A DNA stretch of 62,029 nt, taken from the IMG/VR virus record IMGVR_UViG_3300044980_000053, positions 1-62,029 of that record. One strand, written 5' to 3'. The notes beneath the pieces were generated by a model that saw only the letters and a program-made list of their open reading frames with translations, searched no databases and had not been told where the DNA came from. The position numbers were made by a program, and so were the translations under genes. Below, in pieces: positions 44,545-52,649 of the stretch (positions are counted from its first letter, which is position 1; every line of letters starts with the position of its first letter). This DNA is from a virus (Duplodnaviria; Caudoviricetes).

Positions 44545-45870
44545 ATGAAAATTGATATCAGTCAGTTCATGCTCTGGCTCTTGAGCGAGCGCCCGTTCTA
44601 CGGCGCCATGGCGACGAGCCTTAACCGCGTTTGCAAGCCCGGCATGGGTACGATGGCCGTTGGCGTGCAGAACGGAAGAATCTCGCTGTTCTACGACCCG
44701 GAGTTTCTCGCCGAGATCGACATGAGCGCCGCGGTGTTCATCCTCGAACACGAGATGCTGCATCTCGCCCTCGACCATGTTCCGCGTTATCTCGAGCTCC
44801 TCAGCCACCTGCCCGAGGAAGCGCGAGAGCGAGCCAAGCCCGTGTTCAACATCGCGGCGGACTGCGCTGTCAACTCGCTTCTGCGCAACAACAAGAACTT
44901 CTCTGCCGCGGAGAAGTTCACGCGCAAGCACATCGAGCAGCGCGTCCTCAAGGAGGGCGAGAAACTCTCGGACACGGACGGCATGTGCATGCCGGAGAAG
45001 TACGGTCTGCCGGACCTCCAGGCGTTCGAGACGTACCAGTATGCTCTGATGCGGCGCGTGAAGGTCATGAACTTCAAGCTCAAGTCGCATGACGGGTGGA
45101 CTGACGGTCTCGAGGACGGAGACAGCCAGGAGTCGCTGACTGGTGAGGCGAATCGTCTTCGCGAGCAGCTGAAGGGCATGCTTCGCAAGGCCGTTCAGCA
45201 CGCCGGCAGCCAAGATCGCGGTCTACTCCCGGCCGGAGTCGAGGAGTTCTTGCGTGAGTACCTCGCTGACCCGGTCATCCCGTGGTGGGAGGTGTTTGCG
45301 ACGCGTGCGAAGACGTCTAAGGCGGCGAAGTATCGTCGAAGCGTCACGACTCCGAACCGGTCGCTGATGGCACTGAGCGAAGAGCATCCGGACATCATTC
45401 CGTTCCCCGGACGGGTGCGAGACAAGTCCTGGCGCGTCTTTCTGATGGTCGATACCTCTGGGTCGATGTCAAGCGAGTCGCTCGAGATCGTCAAGAGCGA
45501 GCTGCACCACATGCTGCGTGCCGACGAAGGCATGGAGCTTCGGTACATGCAAGGTGACGCCGAAGTGCACTTCGACGTTCTTCTGAAGCCTGGAGACGAG
45601 ATCCCTGCTCAGGTGTGCGGTCGCGGCGGGACGGACTTCGCGGCATATTTCCACTATATGGCGCGGTACGTTAACGACGATTCGTCGAAACCTGATATTG
45701 TCGTAGTTTATACCGACGGGTATTGCCCGGCGATATCTCAGAAGGAGCGCCTCCCTAGTGAAATTCCTGTGTTGTGGTTGGTTACTCCAAACCACTCTTC
45801 AGAAATGGCAAAGGACTACGGAGAATTGATCGTATGTGACCCGGCACATAACGGTCTCTACAAAAAATAA
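44545..45870 (+). CDS. HEXXH metallopeptidase-like + VWA domain protein (DUF2201-like), partner of the AAA ATPase
   Basis: HEMLH, NIAADCAVN, VDTSGSM (MIDAS), GRGGTDF, YTDGY. Confidence 0.88.
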   Translation: MKIDISQFMLWLLSERPFYGAMATSLNRVCKPGMGTMAVGVQNGRISLFYDPEFLAEIDMSAAVFILEHEMLHLALDHVPRYLELLSHLPEEARERAKPVFNIAADCAVNSLLRNNKNFSAAEKFTRKHIEQRVLKEGEKLSDTDGMCMPEKYGLPDLQAFETYQYALMRRVKVMNFKLKSHDGWTDGLEDGDSQESLTGEANRLREQLKGMLRKAVQHAGSQDRGLLPAGVEEFLREYLADPVIPWWEVFATRAKTSKAAKYRRSVTTPNRSLMALSEEHPDIIPFPGRVRDKSWRVFLMVDTSGSMSSESLEIVKSELHHMLRADEGMELRYMQGDAEVHFDVLLKPGDEIPAQVCGRGGTDFAAYFHYMARYVNDDSSKPDIVVVYTDGYCPAISQKERLPSEIPVLWLVTPNHSSEMAKDYGELIVCDPAHNGLYKK

Positions 45871-45872
45871 AC

Positions 45873-46445
45873 GTGTCGCGCTGGATAAATAGAACGGGCT
45901 CGTGGTTCGAATCAATCGAGGTTATAGGTCACACAAGTAAAACTAGTGTGAAGTGCAGATGCTGGTGCTTCAAACCTAATGGTCACTTGTGCGGCCGAGA
46001 GTTTGTCGTTAAATCGAATAATCTTGTAACAGGAAATACGCGCAGCTGTGGGTGTCAAGGAGAAGCTGGCCGTAAGCAACGGTATCCGAGACCGCCATCT
46101 TTTGATAGCTTCATACGTTCAATGATGTCTATCTATAGATGTGCCGCTAGAAGCCGACAACACTGCCCATTCCGTTTATCCTTCAAGACCTGTAAAACGT
46201 TGTTTTCTTCCAACTGTCATTATTGCAATTTGCCGCCGTCAAACAAGTTACATAGTAACTACACGACATATCAAGGCTTTCGTTATAGCGGTATAGATCG
46301 CTTAAACACAAAGCGTGGATATATCCTGAATAACTGTGTGTCTTGTTGTAAGACGTGCAACTATGCAAAGCGGTTTATGACTAAGGAGGAATTCCTTTCC
46401 TGGGTTGTTCAGGTGTACAAACACCAACACAAAGGAGATTCATGA
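45873..46445 (+). CDS. HNH homing endonuclease
   Basis: CRCWC...GNTRSCGC N-domain; CHYC...GIDRLN...NCVSCCKTCNYAK; AT-rich. Confidence 0.85.
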   Translation: MSRWINRTGSWFESIEVIGHTSKTSVKCRCWCFKPNGHLCGREFVVKSNNLVTGNTRSCGCQGEAGRKQRYPRPPSFDSFIRSMMSIYRCAARSRQHCPFRLSFKTCKTLFSSNCHYCNLPPSNKLHSNYTTYQGFRYSGIDRLNTKRGYILNNCVSCCKTCNYAKRFMTKEEFLSWVVQVYKHQHKGDS

Positions 46446-46684
46446 AGTACTCACACAGCGAGCTGCTCCTCAGGTTCCGAGGTAATCCGTCTTACAAGCG
46501 GTTCATCGAGGACATGAGAAAGGCGAACATCGACGTCTGCATTCAGGTTCTCCCTGGCAACAAGGAGACTCCGGTTGCAGTGGCGACGACTAACGCTGCC
46601 TACAGCGACATCGTCAACAGTGCGGGTGTGCTCATACACTCTGAACTCATCGGGACTCGAGTTGTCGTGAGTCCGCTTCTGTAG
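46442..46684 (+). CDS. Hypothetical protein
   Basis: AAGGAG SD; 80 aa. Confidence 0.7.
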   Translation: MKYSHSELLLRFRGNPSYKRFIEDMRKANIDVCIQVLPGNKETPVAVATTNAAYSDIVNSAGVLIHSELIGTRVVVSPLL

Positions 46685-46692
46685 CGAGTTCT

Positions 46693-46765
46693 GGCGTCGC
46701 GCGGTCACAAGTAGCACTTGATCCGGTGCTGCATGTTCCTCCCGCCGCGCGACGCCTCTTTTTTT
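46693..46765 (+). terminator. Terminator-like long stem with internal hairpin and T run
   Basis: GGCGTCGCGCGG/CCGCGCGACGCC 12-bp stem followed by TCTTTTTTT; lies between convergent genes. Confidence 0.65.
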
Positions 46766-46768
46766 GTC

Positions 46769-47704
46769 TTAACCTGGAAGCAAGGGCACGGAGTGAGGAT
46801 CGAAATTCGGACACACCGCCAATACTGCGGCTAGTGTACTGGCTTCGAGCGCTTGTGCCGCTGTCAACGCCTGTGCGGTCGACGCTTGGTTAGATGTCGC
46901 GGTAGCAAGTGCTGTAGCAGACATAGCGGCGTCGGCTGTACGCGCGGTGTTGGCGGCGGTCGCATCTGCCATAGCTGGCGATGACGATAACTGGCCTGTC
47001 GCGGTGGTCAGAGATGCCAAAAAAGCTGCTGCACCTGTTCCGCCGGTATTGGCGTTATAAAATACGTTACCTGCCGACAGTAATGCGCTGAAGCTGCCGT
47101 AGAGGGCGGTGACGTCGCCAAGCAGAGTCTGTGCTGTCGTGAGCAGCGCAGACTTGTACGTGTAGTCATTCTGCGCGGCGGTAAGCGTTGTAGTCGCTGC
47201 CTGTGCCGTCAGCTGTGTCTGATAACGGGCCTGTTTAGCTGTTGTGTACGCCTGAATCAGTACTGTGACCGTAGAGGTATCTGGTGCGGGAAACGTGTAG
47301 TATGCGGGTGTCGCATCCGGTGCAGTATAGTTTGCCTCGAAGCTAATCCAGGCAGTAACCAGGGCGTTGACGTTCTGCTGAAACGCCGTAGCGGCATCTA
47401 GCGCGGTCTGCAAATCGCCGTATGTCGCGGACCACACATTGGACAGATACAGGGTCCCCGCGGGGCCTGGTGCTGCAATACCCGCGGGTCTGCCAATCGG
47501 CACCGTAGAAAGCTCGGTAACGGTAGATACATGAACTAGCGTGTCCGCATCAGGGTTGAGGGGATCGTTCACTTGAACCGTGAAGACGTTCAAGTGTGGG
47601 AGCTCCGCAGGAATGTTTGCAGAGACCATTCGACTAGTGATAACGTACGCCTCTGCTGCGCCAGCTACCAGCTCTACGTCTCTTACTTGCTCTAGTACTG
47701 CCAC
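46769..47704 (-). CDS. Putative virion structural protein (Ala/Thr-rich helical C-terminus)
   Basis: 311 aa; composition like the tail proteins. Confidence 0.55.
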   Translation of the reverse strand: MAVLEQVRDVELVAGAAEAYVITSRMVSANIPAELPHLNVFTVQVNDPLNPDADTLVHVSTVTELSTVPIGRPAGIAAPGPAGTLYLSNVWSATYGDLQTALDAATAFQQNVNALVTAWISFEANYTAPDATPAYYTFPAPDTSTVTVLIQAYTTAKQARYQTQLTAQAATTTLTAAQNDYTYKSALLTTAQTLLGDVTALYGSFSALLSAGNVFYNANTGGTGAAAFLASLTTATGQLSSSPAMADATAANTARTADAAMSATALATATSNQASTAQALTAAQALEASTLAAVLAVCPNFDPHSVPLLPG

Positions 47705-47707
47705 GGA

Positions 47708-48094
47708 TCAGCACCCTGCCGAGAGGTTTACAGTCTGGTTAACGATGAGCGAAGTTTGAAGCTGACTGATCTCGTTAAGAAGTCGCTGAAGTCTGATCTG
47801 CGTCATCAGGAGATCTTCTTGCATCTGATTGATCGTGGCCCAGACGCGCGTCAGCGTTGGGCAGCGGTAGAAGCGCACGCCAGCTGCCGCAGCGGCCGGA
47901 GCACCGTCTGGATACAGACTCATGTCGGCGGCAGTGGCGTAGTGACTAAAAGAACCGGAAGCTAACGAGTACACAAAAACGCCAGGATCGATGCCGATAG
48001 AAGACGTGATCTGGTTAGTGACGGTGTACTGAGCCGCATTGGGAATAGACGCGGCGGAAGTAGTTTGCTGCAAACTTAAAGATACGCTTGCCAC
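47708..48094 (-). CDS. Putative virion structural protein
   Basis: 128 aa, co-oriented; preceded by a TACACTAG motif. Confidence 0.55.
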   Translation of the reverse strand: MASVSLSLQQTTSAASIPNAAQYTVTNQITSSIGIDPGVFVYSLASGSFSHYATAADMSLYPDGAPAAAAAGVRFYRCPTLTRVWATINQMQEDLLMTQIRLQRLLNEISQLQTSLIVNQTVNLSAGC

Positions 48095-48113
48095 GGTGAT
48101 TTTCTAGTGTAGC

Positions 48114-48635
48114 TTGCTTTTGCAAATGCAGCATTGTCGACGATGCACGAAGTGCAGTGAAGAAAAGGTCGTCGAGGAATTCAGAATAGTAGATTCTGAT
48201 ACTCGATACCATCCATGGTGCAGAGCGTGTGAAAACGCTGCGACTAAAGGCAGCGCCGCTCGCTTGAGGAATAAGGCTGTCATCAAGGAGTACAAAAACT
48301 GCCCTTGTTTCGACTGTCACGTTCAATACCCTTGGTACGTCATGACGTTCGACCACCGTGATCCCTCACAGAAGCTATTTAACTTGAGCGCGGCAGGCGC
48401 AAGACCGCTCCAGGTGGTTCTTGATGAACTAGCTAAGTGCGACCCTGTTTGTGGGAATTGTCATCTTGAAAGAACACACGCCATGCTCAACGATCCCGTG
48501 TGGAAGGCGCAGTGGCATGCGAAAGTTGTTGAGAGTGCTAAACGTAGGAGGAAACAAAAATGTCCACCTACCTCGGAATCGACCCAAGCCTCACAGAATT
48601 CGGCGCCTTCGACAGAAGCGATAGATGTCACCTGA
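48114..48635 (+). CDS. HNH endonuclease, copy 1 (start possibly 48126)
   Basis: CTKC..WCRAC..CFDC..FDHRDP..KCDPVCGNCH. Confidence 0.85.
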   Translation: MLLQMQHCRRCTKCSEEKVVEEFRIVDSDTRYHPWCRACENAATKGSAARLRNKAVIKEYKNCPCFDCHVQYPWYVMTFDHRDPSQKLFNLSAAGARPLQVVLDELAKCDPVCGNCHLERTHAMLNDPVWKAQWHAKVVESAKRRRKQKCPPTSESTQASQNSAPSTEAIDVT

Positions 48636-48679
48636 TTCAGCGGCAGAGAAGCGGTTACCGTCCTACTTTCTACGCGTAG
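48560..48679 (+). pseudogene. Remnant ruvC 5' end
   Basis: Translates MSTYLGIDPSLT..., matching the RuvC start MTRYLGVDPSLT, then degenerates. Confidence 0.75.
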
Positions 48680-48692
48680 CCTGTCGCATCGC

Positions 48693-49130
48693 ATGACGCC
48701 TCAACATAAACATTGCACTAAATGCAAGGAACTTAAACCGATTGATGAATTTGGACGCAACAAAAAGGCTAGGGATGGCCGGTCATCCTGGTGTCGAGCG
48801 TGTACGAATACGAATAAAATGAATAGCCGCGCCAAAAACGTCAAAATCATCGAAGCACACAAAGATAAATCGTGTATGGATTGTGGTATCCAGTACGATT
48901 CATGCGCCATGACATATGATCACAGAGACCCAGAGACTAAAAACTTTGGAGTAAGTGAAGCTTGGTCACGGCCTATTCCAGATATTTTAGAAGAAATATC
49001 TAAATGTGACGTTGTGTGTCTTATATGTCACAGCTATAGAACGCGTGATCGACTATTAAATAACCCAGAATGGAAAAAGAGTTGGCATGCTAAAGTCCTA
49101 GCCAGCGCTAATCGTAGAAGAAAAACATGA
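48693..49130 (+). CDS. HNH endonuclease, copy 2
   Basis: Paralog of copy 1 (CTKC, WCRAC, DHRDP, KCDVVC..CH, WHAKV); ATGA overlap with ruvC. Confidence 0.88.
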   Translation: MTPQHKHCTKCKELKPIDEFGRNKKARDGRSSWCRACTNTNKMNSRAKNVKIIEAHKDKSCMDCGIQYDSCAMTYDHRDPETKNFGVSEAWSRPIPDILEEISKCDVVCLICHSYRTRDRLLNNPEWKKSWHAKVLASANRRRKT

Positions 49131-49687
49131 CTCGATATTTAGGCGTTGATCCTTCTTTAACGGGTACCGGTCTTTGTTTAATTGATGACGGTGGATCCGT
49201 TAGAAACTTCAGACTCGAGACTGTTGACACCAGAGATCTCCGCGGCCCTGGACGTCTACTCACTATACGCCGAGCACTTGAAGAGTTCCTGATAGAACGT
49301 CCTACGCTTGTTGGAGTGGAGAGCTACGCGTTCAACGCTGTTGGTCGCGTATTTCAACTCGGTGAACTAGGCGGCGTGCTGCGGGTAGCGATCTACGAAG
49401 CGGGCATCCCATTCGTAGAAGTCGCACCTGTACAGCTGAAGAAGTACGCCACGGGCAACACGAATGCTGAAAAGCGCGACATCGTGTGTGCCGCCGCCGA
49501 GATCATTGGTGCGCCTGTCGACGATGACAACCAGGCCGACGCTATTTTTTTAGCTCTCATCGCTAGTTCCATGTCTGTCGCTGACAAGCGCTTGACGCCG
49601 GCACAGAATGCCGTCATCATGCGGCTCCGGAATCCGGGCAAGAAGAAGACGCGTCGACGCCCGCGACGCAATAAGACGGCGATCTAG
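49127..49687 (+). CDS. ruvC: Holliday junction resolvase RuvC
   Basis: LGVDPSLTGTG, VGVESY, ELGGV, LKKYATGN..AEK, DNQADA. Confidence 0.9.
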   Translation: MTRYLGVDPSLTGTGLCLIDDGGSVRNFRLETVDTRDLRGPGRLLTIRRALEEFLIERPTLVGVESYAFNAVGRVFQLGELGGVLRVAIYEAGIPFVEVAPVQLKKYATGNTNAEKRDIVCAAAEIIGAPVDDDNQADAIFLALIASSMSVADKRLTPAQNAVIMRLRNPGKKKTRRRPRRNKTAI

Positions 49688-49706
49688 CCACCAAGGAGCA
49701 TGCTAA

Positions 49707-51935
49707 GTGATCTCAGGTACCGAGGTTTTCTCGCACCCGACAACTGTACTCAAACGAGATGGTAAAACTACTCAACCGTTTATAGAGGACAAAATTGTTC
49801 AGGCAATTAGAGGCGCATGGATTGAAGCGGAGGGCGTGGTAGACGAGGCGGCACTCGTCAAAGTAACAAGACTGGCAATTTCGTCTCTGCCTATTGGCGT
49901 GGCATCTGTCGAACAAGTTCAAGATTCTGTAGAGACTTCCCTAATGAAGTTGCAGAAGTTCTCTATAGCAAAAGCCTATATTGTCCATAGGCAGCGCCGA
50001 GCAGAAGCTCGTGCTGATCGCAAGAAGCCAGATGCTGCTGCGATCTCCGGTTATATTCACGCATCGAAGTACGCCCGCCATCGAGACGATCTTGGCCGCC
50101 GCGAAGTTTATGACGAGACTGTGGCGCGCGTCGAAGATATGCACTTGCGGCGTTTCGCGCATATTGACGGGTTTAATACGGAGATTCGAGAGGCCTTCGA
50201 TTTAGTCCGTGAACAGCGCGTGCTACCTAGCATGCGCACTCTCCAGTTCGGAGGGGCAGCCATCGAGACCAATCATGCGCGCGCATATAACTGCAGCGCG
50301 TCGCTAGTGGATCGCCCTCGTGTGTTTGCAGAAGCTATGTTCCTTCTCCTATCGGGTTGCGGCGTTGGCTATTCCGTACAATACGACCACGTCGATAAGT
50401 TACCGAAGCTCGGTCGCATCAACACGAAGAGCGTGATTCATCACGTCATTCAAGACTCCATCGAGGGATGGGCAGACGCTCTAGATACCTTGGTTAATAG
50501 TTATCTGACCGGCGACTACGTCGAATTCTCCTATCACCTAATCAGACCAGCAGGATCTCCACTCAGAACAAGCGGTGGCAAGGCGCCTGGACACCTCAAG
50601 CTTCGCGAATCTATCGAGACGGTTCGCCGTGTTCTAGACGGCGCACAAGAACGAAAGCTACGCCCAATTGAGTGTCACAAGATTTTCTGTGCTGCAGCAT
50701 CCGCAGTGCTCTCCGGGGGCATTCGCAGATCTGCAATGATTGCGCTGTTCTCTCCAGAGGACGCCGAAATGCTCAACGCGAAGACTAACCCACAGTGGTT
50801 TAAGGATAACCCGGATTTTGCGTACGCTAACAACAGCGTTGTTCTTCAGCTTGAAGACGTTCGCAAAAAACAACTCAAGAGGGTTCTTCAAATGACCAGG
50901 AGCTATGGAGAACCTGGTTTCTTTTTTGCAAGTAGCCCGACACACGTGACCAACCCGTGTTGCGAAATTGCTCTCGACCCAGTATTCGTTGACGAGAATG
51001 GTAATCAGCACACCGGCTGGTCAATGTGTAACCTGTCTGAGATTAATGCGGCCAGGCTAGATACTCTTAATGACTTCGAGCGCGCTGCACGAGCGGCCAC
51101 GCTCATAGGCACTATGCAGGCGACCTATACGGATTTTCCATATCTAGGAAAGGTAACTGAAAAGATCGTTCGGAGAGACGCGCTATTGGGCGTAGGTATG
51201 ACGGGTATTCAGGACCGTCCGGACATAGCTCGAAACTACGACTATCAGAAAGTCGTCGCAGAGAAGTGCGTGCGATGGAACACCGAATTCGCTGAGAAAC
51301 TTGGCATCAACGCCGCTGCTCGCATTACTTGCGTCAAGCCGAGCGGGACGACGTCTCTCGAGCTTGGGTCTGTAGGATCCGGCATTCACCCTCACCACGC
51401 GCGTCGTTATATTCGGCGCGTGACGGCTGATGAACTCGAAGCTGTATTTCAAGAGTTTCGCAAGGTAAACGCAGGAATGTGCGTGCGTAAGCCGGATGGC
51501 AAGTGGGTTATTGAATTTCCTGTTGAGGCGCCTGAAGGTGCCTTAGTAAAGGAAGACGTGTCTGCCGTTCAATTCTTGGAAATGGTTCGCCAGACTCAGC
51601 TAGCTTGGGTCAAGACCGGGACGGCGCGCGGCGCCCTGAATCACAATGTATCTAACACAGCGGTCGTTCGCGAAAATGAGTGGGATGAAGTCGCAGAATA
51701 CCTTTGGAAAAACAAGGAGTGCTTCACTGGTGTATCTCTTCTGTCGGACACAGGGGATACCGACTACGCTTTTGCTCCTCTAGAAGCCGTTAAGAACGAA
51801 GCTCAGGAGAGACGGTGGAACGAGCTTTGTATGCTCTATAAAACCGTGGATTATTCTGCTATGTACGAGGAGAGCGATGAGACTGCTCTACGGGGTGAGA
51901 TTGCCTGCGCGGGCGGCGCGTGCTCTATTGCTTGA
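49707..51935 (+). CDS. nrdJ: Class II (B12-dependent) ribonucleotide reductase with ATP-cone
   Basis: VLKRDG ATP-cone; PSMR, YNCS, RRSAMI, TNPCCEI, CNLSE, VKPSGT, C-terminal CAGGAC; no small subunit in the window. Confidence 0.9.
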   Translation: MISGTEVFSHPTTVLKRDGKTTQPFIEDKIVQAIRGAWIEAEGVVDEAALVKVTRLAISSLPIGVASVEQVQDSVETSLMKLQKFSIAKAYIVHRQRRAEARADRKKPDAAAISGYIHASKYARHRDDLGRREVYDETVARVEDMHLRRFAHIDGFNTEIREAFDLVREQRVLPSMRTLQFGGAAIETNHARAYNCSASLVDRPRVFAEAMFLLLSGCGVGYSVQYDHVDKLPKLGRINTKSVIHHVIQDSIEGWADALDTLVNSYLTGDYVEFSYHLIRPAGSPLRTSGGKAPGHLKLRESIETVRRVLDGAQERKLRPIECHKIFCAAASAVLSGGIRRSAMIALFSPEDAEMLNAKTNPQWFKDNPDFAYANNSVVLQLEDVRKKQLKRVLQMTRSYGEPGFFFASSPTHVTNPCCEIALDPVFVDENGNQHTGWSMCNLSEINAARLDTLNDFERAARAATLIGTMQATYTDFPYLGKVTEKIVRRDALLGVGMTGIQDRPDIARNYDYQKVVAEKCVRWNTEFAEKLGINAAARITCVKPSGTTSLELGSVGSGIHPHHARRYIRRVTADELEAVFQEFRKVNAGMCVRKPDGKWVIEFPVEAPEGALVKEDVSAVQFLEMVRQTQLAWVKTGTARGALNHNVSNTAVVRENEWDEVAEYLWKNKECFTGVSLLSDTGDTDYAFAPLEAVKNEAQERRWNELCMLYKTVDYSAMYEESDETALRGEIACAGGACSIA

Positions 51936-51938
51936 ATC

Positions 51939-52154
51939 ATGAAGTGTTCTAACTGTAACGAGTCCCTCCCGCCCTCAGAGGGCCTCGTTCTACGCCACAA
52001 TGACGAGTTCATTGCTGCTATCTGCCCGGCTTGTTCTGAGGGCGTAGCCGTCGGCTCTCTGAGCGTTAAGAGAGACACTACAGGGGCGTTCGAGTACTCC
52101 CAGTGGAGTCCTGTAGCTCAGCTGGCGCAGCTGAGAGCTCACAGCAAGCGGTGA
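51939..52154 (+). CDS. Small Zn-finger protein
   Basis: CSNC...CPAC. Confidence 0.7.
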   Translation: MKCSNCNESLPPSEGLVLRHNDEFIAAICPACSEGVAVGSLSVKRDTTGAFEYSQWSPVAQLAQLRAHSKR

Positions 52155-52157
52155 GCC

Positions 52158-52433
52158 GTGAGCAAGGTCGAGCACCTGCTCGGGCTCACGCCTGCCTTGA
52201 AACGTGTTGCCTGGGCCTACCTACGACGCGGTGAGGGCGTCTACAGCACGGATTTATTGGGGTTCGATCGTGTTGTTGTGAAAGAGCTTTACCCGCTACA
52301 GTCCCCGGCCGATGCGCCACCACAGGGCGGCATGATCGTCGAGTTCTGGCGAGTCGGCAGGCGCGTACGCTGGCTAGACTTCGGCTGCCGCGTTACGGGC
52401 GGTGGCGGGGATCCTATTATTCGCGAAGTTTAA
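52158..52433 (+). CDS. Hypothetical protein
   Basis: 91 aa; last gene of the plus-strand run. Confidence 0.6.
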   Translation: MSKVEHLLGLTPALKRVAWAYLRRGEGVYSTDLLGFDRVVVKELYPLQSPADAPPQGGMIVEFWRVGRRVRWLDFGCRVTGGGGDPIIREV

Positions 52434-52642
52434 GGCTTAACTTCGGCCGCCCGTGCAAGGGCGGCTAGCTGCTCGAGCACAAGGTAACCCAGCGTAGCTA
52501 CGGTACCGGAGGGAACGACACCGACGCCCTTCTGACAAGTTACGAAGCGAACCATACCGTTGTCTAAGACCTCGGCAAATACGGTAGTCTCATCACTCGG
52601 CGCGCCGCCGGGATATTCTCTGGTTTCTACGGTGTTGCTCAT
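52430..52642 (-). CDS. Small hypothetical protein (start reassigned to ATG 52642)
   Basis: AAGGA SD; follows the tail protein stop. Confidence 0.55.
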   Translation of the reverse strand: MSNTVETREYPGGAPSDETTVFAEVLDNGMVRFVTCQKGVGVVPSGTVATLGYLVLEQLAALARAAEVKP

Positions 52643-52649
52643 AGTTTCC

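Noticed and set aside
40623-45548. Long antisense or alternate-frame ORFs (40623-41198, 44425-45213; likewise 3574-4383 and 19114-19842)
   Set aside because: Shadows of GC3-biased real genes whose motifs are clear on the other strand.
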